Part shown: positions 23,434-32,000 of the stretch, piece after piece
How the letters are laid out: each line of letters begins with the position of its first letter
Position numbering within the stretch: the stretch's first letter is position 1
From: Flavobacteriaceae bacterium
Lineage (GTDB): Bacteria > Bacteroidota > Bacteroidia > Flavobacteriales > Flavobacteriaceae
Assembly: GCA_965224465.1 (NCBI GenBank)
Contig: OZ245049.1
Coordinates: forward strand, 3,750,001-3,782,000
DNA: 32,000 nt
Direction of reading: 5' to 3'
The notes under the pieces: model-generated
Told to the model about the DNA's origin: nothing
Database searches by the model: none
The model's input: only the letters and a program-made list of their open reading frames with translations
Program-made: the position numbers and the translations under genes

Positions 23434-26361
23434 GTATCATTAGAAAATACAGATGATGTTTTTGAGTTTTTAAGTAATGAAAAAAAAGATGGAAAAGAAG
23501 AACAATATTTTACAAATATTATAGCAGGTACAAAATTAAAAACAAGCCTATCTTACAAAGTAGATATTAAAGCAAATACACCCATAAAAGTACTTAAAAT
23601 TAAAGGAGATTACGCACAAATAAAAGTAACATCTATTACTGCAACCTTAGTTAGAGATACCGATATTAATGATAACGTAAAACCATTTAATAGCAATAAA
23701 CTTTATACTATCAAAAATCTTACTACGGTTAATAAAGCATTTAATGGTCTTGCAACTAAAGATGCCACATTCAATACAAAACAAGTAAAAGCACCAAGAA
23801 ATTGGAGAACAAATTTAAACAGAACTGTTACCTTTTACCCAAATGGCTATGGTAAAGTGATTTGGATAGAAAAAACATCTATTTCCAAAATAGCAGAAAA
23901 AATAAAAAAAGAAGCAGGTATAATTACCTCAATTATTCCTGACTATTTTTTAACAGAAGAACAAAAATACGAAACAGTTGAAAGAGAAGCCAAAACAGGA
24001 GAAAAAACTACATTATATGTAGATGTATGTAAGGCATATATCGAAGTCCCTTTTAGAACCGATGTAGAAGAAGTAACTGTAGAAAAAGAAAAAGTAGTTG
24101 ACTTACGTAAATTTAAAAAAGCAAAAGACGATAAAAAAGACCTTTGGTATAAAGTAGTATTAGATGATACAACTAGTAGCCAATGTGTAGCAGTAAAAGG
24201 CTGGGTAAAAGAAAAGGATCTTGACAAATTTAGCGCTTACGATTGGCAAAAATTTGGTTTTAAAGATCTAGACGCAGGTAATGAATACATATACTCTGTA
24301 AAAGACTTATGTAAGGCAACAGATAGTACCGATTTTGTAACCGAAATTTGGGATAAAACAATAGATACAGATGGCAATAAAGTATTAGATATACTAGAGC
24401 TTATTAGAGCCTTTAGTAAACCAGAAATAGCACAAAAACTATCTCGTTTGGTATGTAAGCACAAAAATGAATGGTCTTATACTATGGACGAAATAAAACC
24501 AGAAGTAAAAGAACTCTATGATTTTGGTATACAATTAGAAGAAGTTACAGCCGAAAAACAAAAACTAGAAACCGAAAGGGATGATAGTTTAGCCAAAATG
24601 GAAACCAAAATAGAAAATTTAATGTGGTGGGATGAGGCAAGTAAAAAAACCTACACAGCACCCGTAAAAGAAGAAGATAAAACAAAAACGAGTAGCACCA
24701 AAAGACCTTCTATGTTGCCAGAAGGTACAGTGGTAGAAGAAATACCACAAAAAGATGTTGTACCTTTAGACAATAAAACAACAGCAGTTAAACCAGATGC
24801 TAAACCAACGAAAGATAGTATACCAACGACAAGTACAACCGCTGCTCCAACACCAGAAACTAAAGTAGAAGAAAAAGAAGTGCCACCAGAACGTATGTTT
24901 CCAAGTACAAATATAGTACATCACTTTCATCCTATTGCTTGGGTGGAGCAGATGAGGTTGATATTTGAAAAACAGACGGGAGAGTGCTATTGTAATAGAG
25001 ATTTTACTGTGGAAGAAGTTACAAGAATTATCAAAAGACTAAGAAAAAATGAAAACCTTAGTGGCAATTCTATATTAAGTCATGACAACTGTAAGATAAC
25101 CAATAAATCATTTGATAAACTTACAGAAGAACTAAATAAAACCATCGCTAAATACAAAATATCACAATGTATACAAAAAATACACTTTATAACTCAACTT
25201 TATCATGAATCTGCCAGATTTACTACTGGTCTAGAATTTGATAATGGAAATTATTACAATCCTAATGGAGGACATCCTGAAGCAAAAAACAATGGTAATA
25301 TTCAAAGTGGAGATGGGCCACGGTATAAGGGTCGAGGATTTATGCAATTGACATGGAGAAATACACAAATAAAATACTTAAAATATGCTTCTAAAAATAC
25401 AGAAGGGAAATTAAAAGGGAAAACAGATTCTGAATTGGAGTTACGAAGTAATAACTATCAAAAATATATTTCTGATGATTTAGGATATGCTATGGATTCT
25501 GCAGGTTGGTTTTGGAGTAATTATAAAAAAATAGAGTTTAGTAAAAAAGAAAATAAAAATAGATATGCACATATAATAAACAAACCTTTAAATGAGGTCG
25601 CTCTAAATGAAGATAAATATTTGAGTTTAATTTCCAAATTTATCAATGGAGGTAAAAAAGGGATTAAGAAGAGAGCAAATTATTATCAAATATTAAAAAG
25701 CGTCTTTAGATATGAGGTAGATTGTATTAATAATATTGCCTCATCAAAAGAAGAAGTAAATCAATCCTTACCACCTTGGTTGAAAGTTGCTTTTGAAGAA
25801 TACAATACTCATTTAGGATATATAGAAGAAGAGAAAACTTTAAAAAATCGCATAGAAAAAGTATATTTTGGCTCAACCCAAAATAAAAGTTTGAAATACA
25901 CGGATCCATGGTGTGCTGCTTTTATAAATTATTGTTATTTAAAAGGAGGTCTATCATATAAAAATTTAACAGGGATTCAAGTTAGGGCTTTTGAATGGGG
26001 ACCGTTTAATAATAAATTTTTAATTACCAAAAGAAAAAATATTGGAGGTTGGAAAGAAGGAGAAGATTATGGTAAACCTTTTCTTGGAGCATTAGCAATA
26101 TACTCTGGAAGTCATGTAGGTTTTGTTGTTGGTAAAAATACTAGAGGCAAAATAGTTCTGTTAGGAGGTAACCAAAATGGAGTTATTGGTAATACTAATG
26201 TTGGTGGAGATGAAAGTGTTTGTTTCTCATCATACCCAGCAAATAAAATACTTTTTTACATGAAGCCTAAGGGTTTTATTGTTCCTCCTGAAATAGATGA
26301 AGAAAATTTACCTATTATAAATATTAGTAACCCAACAGAAACATTTGCCTCACTTAGATAA
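23383..26361 (+). CDS. Modular PG-hydrolase T6SS effector (GH19-like muramidase + TIGR02594/NlpC-P60-like peptidase C-terminus), intact
   Basis: 992 aa. The GTG start directly follows an in-frame TGA, and the first in-frame ATG is codon 368. SH3b-like segments ([10 protein letters not shown]...[12 protein letters not shown]), coiled-coil, PT-rich linker and [14 protein letters not shown]19 motifs: HFITQLYHESARF...GPRYKGRGFMQLTWRNTQ. TIGR02594-like motifs: PPWLKVAFEEY...DPWCAAFINYC...SHVGFVVGKN...LLGGNQNG. Confidence 0.85.
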   Translation: MSARNVSRKGLRKKVIYVSLENTDDVFEFLSNEKKDGKEEQYFTNIIAGTKLKTSLSYKVDIKANTPIKVLKIKGDYAQIKVTSITATLVRDTDINDNVKPFNSNKLYTIKNLTTVNKAFNGLATKDATFNTKQVKAPRNWRTNLNRTVTFYPNGYGKVIWIEKTSISKIAEKIKKEAGIITSIIPDYFLTEEQKYETVEREAKTGEKTTLYVDVCKAYIEVPFRTDVEEVTVEKEKVVDLRKFKKAKDDKKDLWYKVVLDDTTSSQCVAVKGWVKEKDLDKFSAYDWQKFGFKDLDAGNEYIYSVKDLCKATDSTDFVTEIWDKTIDTDGNKVLDILELIRAFSKPEIAQKLSRLVCKHKNEWSYTMDEIKPEVKELYDFGIQLEEVTAEKQKLETERDDSLAKMETKIENLMWWDEASKKTYTAPVKEEDKTKTSSTKRPSMLPEGTVVEEIPQKDVVPLDNKTTAVKPDAKPTKDSIPTTSTTAAPTPETKVEEKEVPPERMFPSTNIVHHFHPIAWVEQMRLIFEKQTGECYCNRDFTVEEVTRIIKRLRKNENLSGNSILSHDNCKITNKSFDKLTEELNKTIAKYKISQCIQKIHFITQLYHESARFTTGLEFDNGNYYNPNGGHPEAKNNGNIQSGDGPRYKGRGFMQLTWRNTQIKYLKYASKNTEGKLKGKTDSELELRSNNYQKYISDDLGYAMDSAGWFWSNYKKIEFSKKENKNRYAHIINKPLNEVALNEDKYLSLISKFINGGKKGIKKRANYYQILKSVFRYEVDCINNIASSKEEVNQSLPPWLKVAFEEYNTHLGYIEEEKTLKNRIEKVYFGSTQNKSLKYTDPWCAAFINYCYLKGGLSYKNLTGIQVRAFEWGPFNNKFLITKRKNIGGWKEGEDYGKPFLGALAIYSGSHVGFVVGKNTRGKIVLLGGNQNGVIGNTNVGGDESVCFSSYPANKILFYMKPKGFIVPPEIDEENLPIINISNPTETFASLR

Positions 26362-26365
26362 AATT

Positions 26366-27376
26366 ATGAAAATAAAGATATTCTTATTAGCACTGCTAAT
26401 TATCATTTTCTCATGTAAAGAAAATAAAAAAGAAGTACATATTCAAGAAAAAAATGTAGATGTATTTAGATTAGAAATAATCAAATCAAAAAAAAATAAA
26501 AAATTTGGGTATGCAGAGAAAACGGTTTTTAAACTTTTAAATAATAATAAAAACATTGACAGTTTATCTGTAATAATACCCTATTCTGATTGTGAAAATA
26601 ATGAAACTATATGTGGTATTAATTATTTGAATGGCTCATTCAAAGTCTCAGATTTAAACAATGATTCTTTTAAAGAAATTCAATATGCTTACCACCATTA
26701 TATAAAATCAGAACAGTTGCCTAAAAGTTTAAAAATAATATTATTTGACACAAAAGATAATAAGAGGTATTTTATTGATGGTTTAGGTGTAAATAAATTT
26801 GATGAATTAACAATTGATAATCCAATAGGACAGATAATAGAAATAAGTAAAAAAACCCCAAAAATTTTCTTTAAGGCAATGAAAAACAAATGGATTAGTT
26901 ATTCTTTTGAACATAAATTACCAAAAATAAAAGAAGAAAAAAAAGTTCAAATAATTGTTATAGAAGAAAGTTCAAATAATAAATCTAATAATTTCGAATA
27001 TGAATTATTACCAAATATTAAGACAGTGAAATTAATTGGTGGAGATAAGGAAAATATAGAAATATTATTAAAAAACAATGAAATATATAAATTTGAAAAT
27101 CCTATTTTTCAAATAGATTATCACGAAATAGAACTTATAAAGAACAAGATTGTTAGATTAAAAAACATGGACAATAAACGTAGTTATATTGAAACATTTT
27201 GGTTTTTTGATGATAAAAAAAAATCATTAATTTTATTTAAATCATATGCAGAATCATATGATTTTGGTAAAATAACTAAATATAAACTTAATAATATTAA
27301 TTACGATATAAAAACAATTAATAGTGATGCGTTTTTTGATGAGATTTATAATTCAGATAATGAAATAACAGATTAA
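26366..27376 (+). CDS. Lipoprotein, putative periplasmic immunity protein
   Basis: The ATG lies 4 nt after the effector stop (the track start 26345 is an upstream TTG overlapping the effector). Signal plus lipobox MKIKIFLLALLIIIFSC|KENKK. Confidence 0.7.
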   Translation: MKIKIFLLALLIIIFSCKENKKEVHIQEKNVDVFRLEIIKSKKNKKFGYAEKTVFKLLNNNKNIDSLSVIIPYSDCENNETICGINYLNGSFKVSDLNNDSFKEIQYAYHHYIKSEQLPKSLKIILFDTKDNKRYFIDGLGVNKFDELTIDNPIGQIIEISKKTPKIFFKAMKNKWISYSFEHKLPKIKEEKKVQIIVIEESSNNKSNNFEYELLPNIKTVKLIGGDKENIEILLKNNEIYKFENPIFQIDYHEIELIKNKIVRLKNMDNKRSYIETFWFFDDKKKSLILFKSYAESYDFGKITKYKLNNINYDIKTINSDAFFDEIYNSDNEITD

Positions 27377-27519
27377 CATTAGAGGGGATTTAATATCTAA
27401 TTATGGAAGTCGGAAAGATGTGGCAGTAAATATTAGGATACACTAGAGCTTATTAGAGCGTTTAGTAAACCGGAAATAGTACAAAAACTATCTCGTTTGG
27501 TATGTAAGCACAAAAATGA

Positions 27520-29160
27520 ATGGTCTATACTATGGACGAAATAAAACCAGAAGTAAAAGAACTCTATGATTTTGGTATACAATTAGAAGAAGTTACAGCC
27601 GAAAAACAAAAACTAGAAACCGAAAGGGATGATAGTTTAGCCAAAATGGAAACTAAAATAGAAAATTTAATGTGGTGGGATGAGGCAAGTAAAAAAACCT
27701 ACACAGCACCCATAAAAGAAGAAGATAAGACAAAAACGAGTAGCACCAAAAGACCTTCTATGTTGCCAGAAGGTACAGTGGTAGAAGAAAAACCACAAAA
27801 AGATGTTGTACCTTTATACAATAAAACAACATTAGTTAAACCAGATGCTAAACCAACGGAAGATAGTATACCAACGACAAGTACAACCGCTGCTCCAGCA
27901 CCAGAAACTAAAGTAGAAGAAAAAGAAGTGCCACCAAAACGTATGTTTCCTAAAAGCAATATAGTACATCACTTTCATCCAATTGCTTGGGTGGAGCAGA
28001 TGAGGTTGATATTTGGGGAAGGTGGTGAAATTTCTGAAATCTGTTATGCAGAAGCAAGAGTTAAGGCATTTATGAGAATGTTGCGTATTGGGGAAGGATC
28101 TGTTGGTGAAAAAGGTTATTATACTTCTTATGGAGGTCGAACGATGACTAATTTAAGTACTCGTCAAGAAACTGTATATGAGGGCTCTAGTGCTTCAGGA
28201 GGGTACCAATTTATAAATAAAACTTATTGGGGAATGCAAGGGTTTACAGTTGTGAAAAATAAAAAAGTAGGAGACGCTGATCCTAAAAAAGACCTTATAA
28301 CAAGATATAAAATACCAGATTACGAACCATTATCTCAAGATAAGTTGTGTATTATCTATATGAAACATTACGGAAAAGGGCTAATAGAGTTACTTGCTGA
28401 AGGGCAAATAGAAAAAGCTATTAGAACAAAAGCGAGTAAAATTTGGGCTAGTTTACCTAATGAAGGTATACCTTTCGAACATAAAAAAAGTAGATACCTA
28501 ATGCCAGATGGTCTTAGGTATCAACCAGCAGAACATATGAGTGATAGCTGTTTGATGAATTACCGTAAGTTTTATAGAGAAGAAGTAAAAGGCATAACTG
28601 ACTTATATTTACAACCAGGTTTTTTAAAAGAATTTGGTTTTAATTGTTGTAAAGATGATGATACTTTATCTAATAATGAGGGTGGGTGGCCTGTTAGGAA
28701 ATCTCATAATGGTCATAAAAGAAGATTTGGAAGTCCTTTTGGACCTAGAAATGGAGGTCAACATCGTGGAATTGATATGAATTTTGGTTCTGGATATGAT
28801 GATTATGGTGCGCCTGTAATAGCTACACATGATGGCGTTGTGAGAAAAGCACAAGAAAATGATGATAAAACTGAAGGAGCAGGAAGAAGAGTAACGATAC
28901 AGTCTGAAGATGGGACTTTTCAAACAAAATATTTTCATTTAAGTGTTTTTTTAGTAGATATAGGAGATAAAGTAAAAAAGGGACAAATTATTGGTGAAAT
29001 AGGTTCTTCTGCTTTTGCTAAAGAAAATGGAACTGATTGTCACTTGCATTATGAAATACATAAAAAAAATTCAGCAGGAAAAATGGAGCATTATAATCCT
29101 ACCGAAGGGAAAGCTAACACAGGAGAAAACATAGTAGATCCACAAACTTGGATTAAATAA
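27520..29160 (+). CDS. Orphan PG-hydrolase toxin module (GH104 lambda-type lytic transglycosylase + M23 peptidase)
   Basis: Homology to the full-length gene starts about 27410. A 1-nt deletion at about 27528 relative to the other copies (tggtctatact vs tggtcttatact) puts a TGA just before ATG 27520. The MDEIKPE...[12 protein letters not shown] arm is conserved. Lambda-R-like motifs: RVKAFMRMLRIGEG, SASGGYQFINKTYW, IWASLPNEG..FEHKK. M23 motifs: HRGIDMNFG...YFHLS...GTDCHLHYEI. Confidence 0.8.
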   Translation: MVYTMDEIKPEVKELYDFGIQLEEVTAEKQKLETERDDSLAKMETKIENLMWWDEASKKTYTAPIKEEDKTKTSSTKRPSMLPEGTVVEEKPQKDVVPLYNKTTLVKPDAKPTEDSIPTTSTTAAPAPETKVEEKEVPPKRMFPKSNIVHHFHPIAWVEQMRLIFGEGGEISEICYAEARVKAFMRMLRIGEGSVGEKGYYTSYGGRTMTNLSTRQETVYEGSSASGGYQFINKTYWGMQGFTVVKNKKVGDADPKKDLITRYKIPDYEPLSQDKLCIIYMKHYGKGLIELLAEGQIEKAIRTKASKIWASLPNEGIPFEHKKSRYLMPDGLRYQPAEHMSDSCLMNYRKFYREEVKGITDLYLQPGFLKEFGFNCCKDDDTLSNNEGGWPVRKSHNGHKRRFGSPFGPRNGGQHRGIDMNFGSGYDDYGAPVIATHDGVVRKAQENDDKTEGAGRRVTIQSEDGTFQTKYFHLSVFLVDIGDKVKKGQIIGEIGSSAFAKENGTDCHLHYEIHKKNSAGKMEHYNPTEGKANTGENIVDPQTWIK

Positions 29161-29189
29161 AAACAATAATAAAATCTAAATTAAAAATC

Positions 29190-30116
29190 ATGTCTATTTT
29201 TATAAATCGAATTATTATAATTTGCACAATTATATGTTTATTTTCTTGTAAAATTAATGAGAAAGAAAAAAATGAAGGTGTCAAAATTCAATCAGATTTA
29301 CAAACATCTTCTAAAGTTACTTCAGAAAAAAAAACTAATACAGAATTTGTAACATACCTGTATTCAAAGAGAAAGTCGGATGGGGAAGGTGAAGAACACA
29401 CAATGCAAGAATTAAAAATACAATGGAATGATAGTCTTAATATAAAATTTAAGATAGTCATGAAAAACCTGATGTGTGAAATGAAAGATAAAGGAGAAGC
29501 TTCACTAATAGGAAAAAACACTTATCAAGTAAAAAATAATTCAGTTATAAAACAATTAAAATTTGATAATAATAAGAATGAAGTAGAGTTAGTTTGTAGC
29601 TATGGTAAGTATCAAGGTGAATGTGATCCTATGCAGCAATTGTTAATGACAACAACTTCTTTTACTGGTAAAAGTGAGTTGAGAAAAGATTTTTTGGAAA
29701 AGGAAGAAGCTATTACATATGAAACTATTTATGAGCTTAAAAAGAGGAAGTTTTCAACAGATTGTTCAAGTGATGATTATGTTTTCTTTTTAGTTGCTGG
29801 ACAGTTTATAACAAAAAATATTTTTTTTAATTCACGACTTAAAAGAATTAATGAGACAGAGTATTATATTTATTTTTCGCCACCATTATTAGCCCCTGTA
29901 CCAAGTAGTTTAAATGATGCCGCTTCTTTTTCTTTGAGTAAACCAATAGGTAAGATTGTTAATAATACAGAAGGTCAAATACAGTTTGAATGGTATGGTT
30001 TTTATAATAGAAAAACAAAAAAAAGAGAGTTTAAGCAAAACCCTTTTACAAATAAAATAGAGAATGGTTCTATTGTTTTAAAATGGTGTGATATAGGTAA
30101 TGTCGATGGTTTTTAA
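29190..30116 (+). CDS. Lipoprotein, putative periplasmic immunity protein
   Basis: Signal plus lipobox MSIFINRIIIICTIICLFSC|KINEKEK. It starts 29 nt after the toxin stop. Confidence 0.7.
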   Translation: MSIFINRIIIICTIICLFSCKINEKEKNEGVKIQSDLQTSSKVTSEKKTNTEFVTYLYSKRKSDGEGEEHTMQELKIQWNDSLNIKFKIVMKNLMCEMKDKGEASLIGKNTYQVKNNSVIKQLKFDNNKNEVELVCSYGKYQGECDPMQQLLMTTTSFTGKSELRKDFLEKEEAITYETIYELKKRKFSTDCSSDDYVFFLVAGQFITKNIFFNSRLKRINETEYYIYFSPPLLAPVPSSLNDAASFSLSKPIGKIVNNTEGQIQFEWYGFYNRKTKKREFKQNPFTNKIENGSIVLKWCDIGNVDGF

Positions 30117-30228
30117 TCCCCGATCCCGCCAGTTCAATGTTTTTAAGTTAAGAATTTAATCATTTAAAAATTAGTATTTTAAATTTACTTTAATCAAGTA
30201 TACATAAATAGCACAAAAACTATCTCGT

Positions 30229-31986
30229 TTGGTATGTAAGCACAAAAATGAATGGTCTTATACTATGGACGAAATAAAACCAGAAGTAAAAGAACGCTGT
30301 GATTTTGGTATACAATTAGAAGAAGTTACAGCCGAAAAACAAAAACTAGAAACCGAAAGGGATGATAGTTTAGCCAAAATGGAAACCAAAATAGAAAATT
30401 TAATGTGGTGGGATGAGGCAAGTAAAAAAACCTACACAGCACCCATAAAAGAAGAAGATAAAACAAAAACGAGTAGCACCAAAAGACCTTCTATGTTGCC
30501 AGAAGGTACAGTGGTAGAAGAAATACCACAAAAAGATGTTGTACCTTTAGACAATAAAACAAAAGCAGTTAAACCAGATGCTAAACCAACGGAAGATAGT
30601 ATACAAACGACAAGTACAACCGCTGCTCCAGCACCAGAAACTAAAGTAGAAGAAAAAGAAGTACCACCAAAACGTATGTTTCCTAAAAGCAATATAGTAC
30701 ATCACTTTCATCCAATTGCTTGGGTGGAGCAGATGAGACTTGTTTTTGGAGAGGGTGGCGGAGATTGTGAATCTCTTATTTGGGGAAATAAAGTAAGTTG
30801 TGAATTTAGAAAACGAGTAATTCAAATATCTAAACGTCTTGAATGCGATCCTAATCATTTAATGGGAGCTATGGCATTAGAAACTGGAGGGAAATTTGAC
30901 CCTAAGGTCGATAATGGTTTAGGTAAAGACAAAGATGGTATTGGTTACATCGGATTAATTCAGCTTGGAAATGATGCTATAAAAGATATGAATAGGAATT
31001 ATTTTCTACATAGGGCAAAAATTAAAAAGAAAGATTTAAGAGCAATGTCTGCCGTAGAGCAATTATGCTATGTAGAATATTATTTAGCCAAACATAAAGG
31101 TAAACTTAAAACCTTAGCAGATTTTTATTTAGCAATACTTTGGCCAGATGCAGTAGGTCACGGTAATGAACCTAATTATATTGTTTTCGATGATGAGGCT
31201 AGTGGTAATAAGAAAAGAGCATATTACTCAAACCCTACGTTTTTTAGAGAAGATGATGAGTTTAAGAAAAATAGTAAGGGAAAAATATACGAAAGACATG
31301 GTAAAACAGGAGGTAAAACGTATGTATGGGAAATAGCTGAAGCCATACAAGAATGGTATGATAAGGGAGTGCCTGAAAAAAACACTTCTAGTAACTGTAC
31401 TTGTAATACAAATTGCTCATGTTGTAAATGTATTGATTTAACAAATAAGGTTATTTGGATAAGTCAGTTTAACAAAAGTGAACGTAGAAGTAATGGCACT
31501 ATGAAAACAGATGGATGCTGGAGAACTTCCCAAAAATTATTAATTGATGCAGGCTTAAGTAAAACTTCGGGTTATAAAACAGGGATGATTATAACAGCAT
31601 TAGAGGATGATGCTCATACTTCTTTATCTTTGACAAAGAGAGTAAAAGATGGTGTCGATTATATTGACTCTGAACTAGAAAAAGGAAATCCTGTCTTAGT
31701 TGGTCTAAATCATACCATTAACTATAGACGCAATGGTAAAATAATTAATGCAGACTCCTCACTAGGAGACCCAGGAACTACAGATCATTATGTGGTTGTC
31801 ATAGGTAGAGGATGTGAAAAAAATAAAGTGTATTATCGTTTTTATGAAGTAGGTACAAGTTGGGCACATTATGGGCAAAACTCTAGAAATAAATTATTTT
31901 TAGGAAGTGACTTTTCTTTAAAGGGAAGTCCTGGAAATAATAAAGAAAAAAAATATACAGTAAGTCAAGTACGAAAAAATCAATAA
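30229..31986 (+). CDS. Orphan PG-hydrolase toxin module (SLT-like transglycosylase + papain-fold Cys peptidase/amidase)
   Basis: Homology to the full-length gene starts at about 30206, directly after an in-frame TAA. The first ATG is 30265 (MDEIKPE); the track start is TTG. The arm is conserved up to [15 protein letters not shown]-like motif: HLMGAMALETGGKFDP...GYIGLIQLG. Candidate Cys/His pair: TDGCWRTSQ ... GTTDHYVVVIGRG. Confidence 0.75.
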   Translation: MVCKHKNEWSYTMDEIKPEVKERCDFGIQLEEVTAEKQKLETERDDSLAKMETKIENLMWWDEASKKTYTAPIKEEDKTKTSSTKRPSMLPEGTVVEEIPQKDVVPLDNKTKAVKPDAKPTEDSIQTTSTTAAPAPETKVEEKEVPPKRMFPKSNIVHHFHPIAWVEQMRLVFGEGGGDCESLIWGNKVSCEFRKRVIQISKRLECDPNHLMGAMALETGGKFDPKVDNGLGKDKDGIGYIGLIQLGNDAIKDMNRNYFLHRAKIKKKDLRAMSAVEQLCYVEYYLAKHKGKLKTLADFYLAILWPDAVGHGNEPNYIVFDDEASGNKKRAYYSNPTFFREDDEFKKNSKGKIYERHGKTGGKTYVWEIAEAIQEWYDKGVPEKNTSSNCTCNTNCSCCKCIDLTNKVIWISQFNKSERRSNGTMKTDGCWRTSQKLLIDAGLSKTSGYKTGMIITALEDDAHTSLSLTKRVKDGVDYIDSELEKGNPVLVGLNHTINYRRNGKIINADSSLGDPGTTDHYVVVIGRGCEKNKVYYRFYEVGTSWAHYGQNSRNKLFLGSDFSLKGSPGNNKEKKYTVSQVRKNQ

Positions 31987-31990
31987 CTAA

Positions 31991-32000
31991 ATGAAAAAAA
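31991..32000 (+). CDS. Start of next ORF (ATGAAAAAAA..., MKK), probably the cognate lipoprotein immunity gene; cut by window
   Basis: The ATG lies 4 nt after the toxin stop, the same spacing as at 26366. Only 10 nt are visible. Confidence 0.3.

Noticed and set aside
24364-24399. EF-hand-like calcium loop [12 protein letters not shown] in the PG-effector N-region (also at 7332-7367).
   Set aside because: Asp/Asn spacing only partly fits the canonical DxDxDG/12-residue loop: Gly is at position 4 rather than 6. There is no paired second loop. The evidence is too weak to call from sequence alone.

Overview
AT-rich, Flavobacteriia-like segment. Every credible gene is on the + strand. It is a type VI secretion cargo region (Bacteroidota T6SS-iii style Hcp/VgrG/PAAR) with no sheath or baseplate genes in view.

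Two paralogous islands are present: island A (1-14930, 5' end cut by the window) and island B (about 15041 to beyond 32000). Each has the same gene order:
- vgrG
- PAAR
- a roughly 1000-aa VasX-like effector with a glycine-rich transmembrane (TM) C-region
- a start/stop-overlapping 2-TM immunity gene
- a 95-nt conserved junction containing a 21-nt palindrome
- a modular peptidoglycan (PG) hydrolase effector
- a lipoprotein immunity gene

Island B is preceded by two divergent hcp paralogues, separated by a 4 x 111 bp plus 2 x 51 bp tandem repeat and a strong terminator. It is followed by at least two orphan toxin-C-terminus/immunity cassettes that share a roughly 0.5 kb homology arm with the full-length gene.

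Island A is decayed:
- Its PG effector is frameshifted.
- An IS256-family fragment and nested, truncated IS66-family ends sit at 10379-11434.
- These are flanked by a 39-codon toxin relic and a 5'-truncated effector tail that keeps an intact immunity gene.
- An orphan 3' copy of the island-B membrane effector plus its immunity gene follows.

All four PG-effector C-termini pair a glycan-cleaving domain with a peptide-cleaving domain. Functional calls rest on motif recognition by eye, since no searches could be run. Antisense ORFs in the track are treated as shadows.
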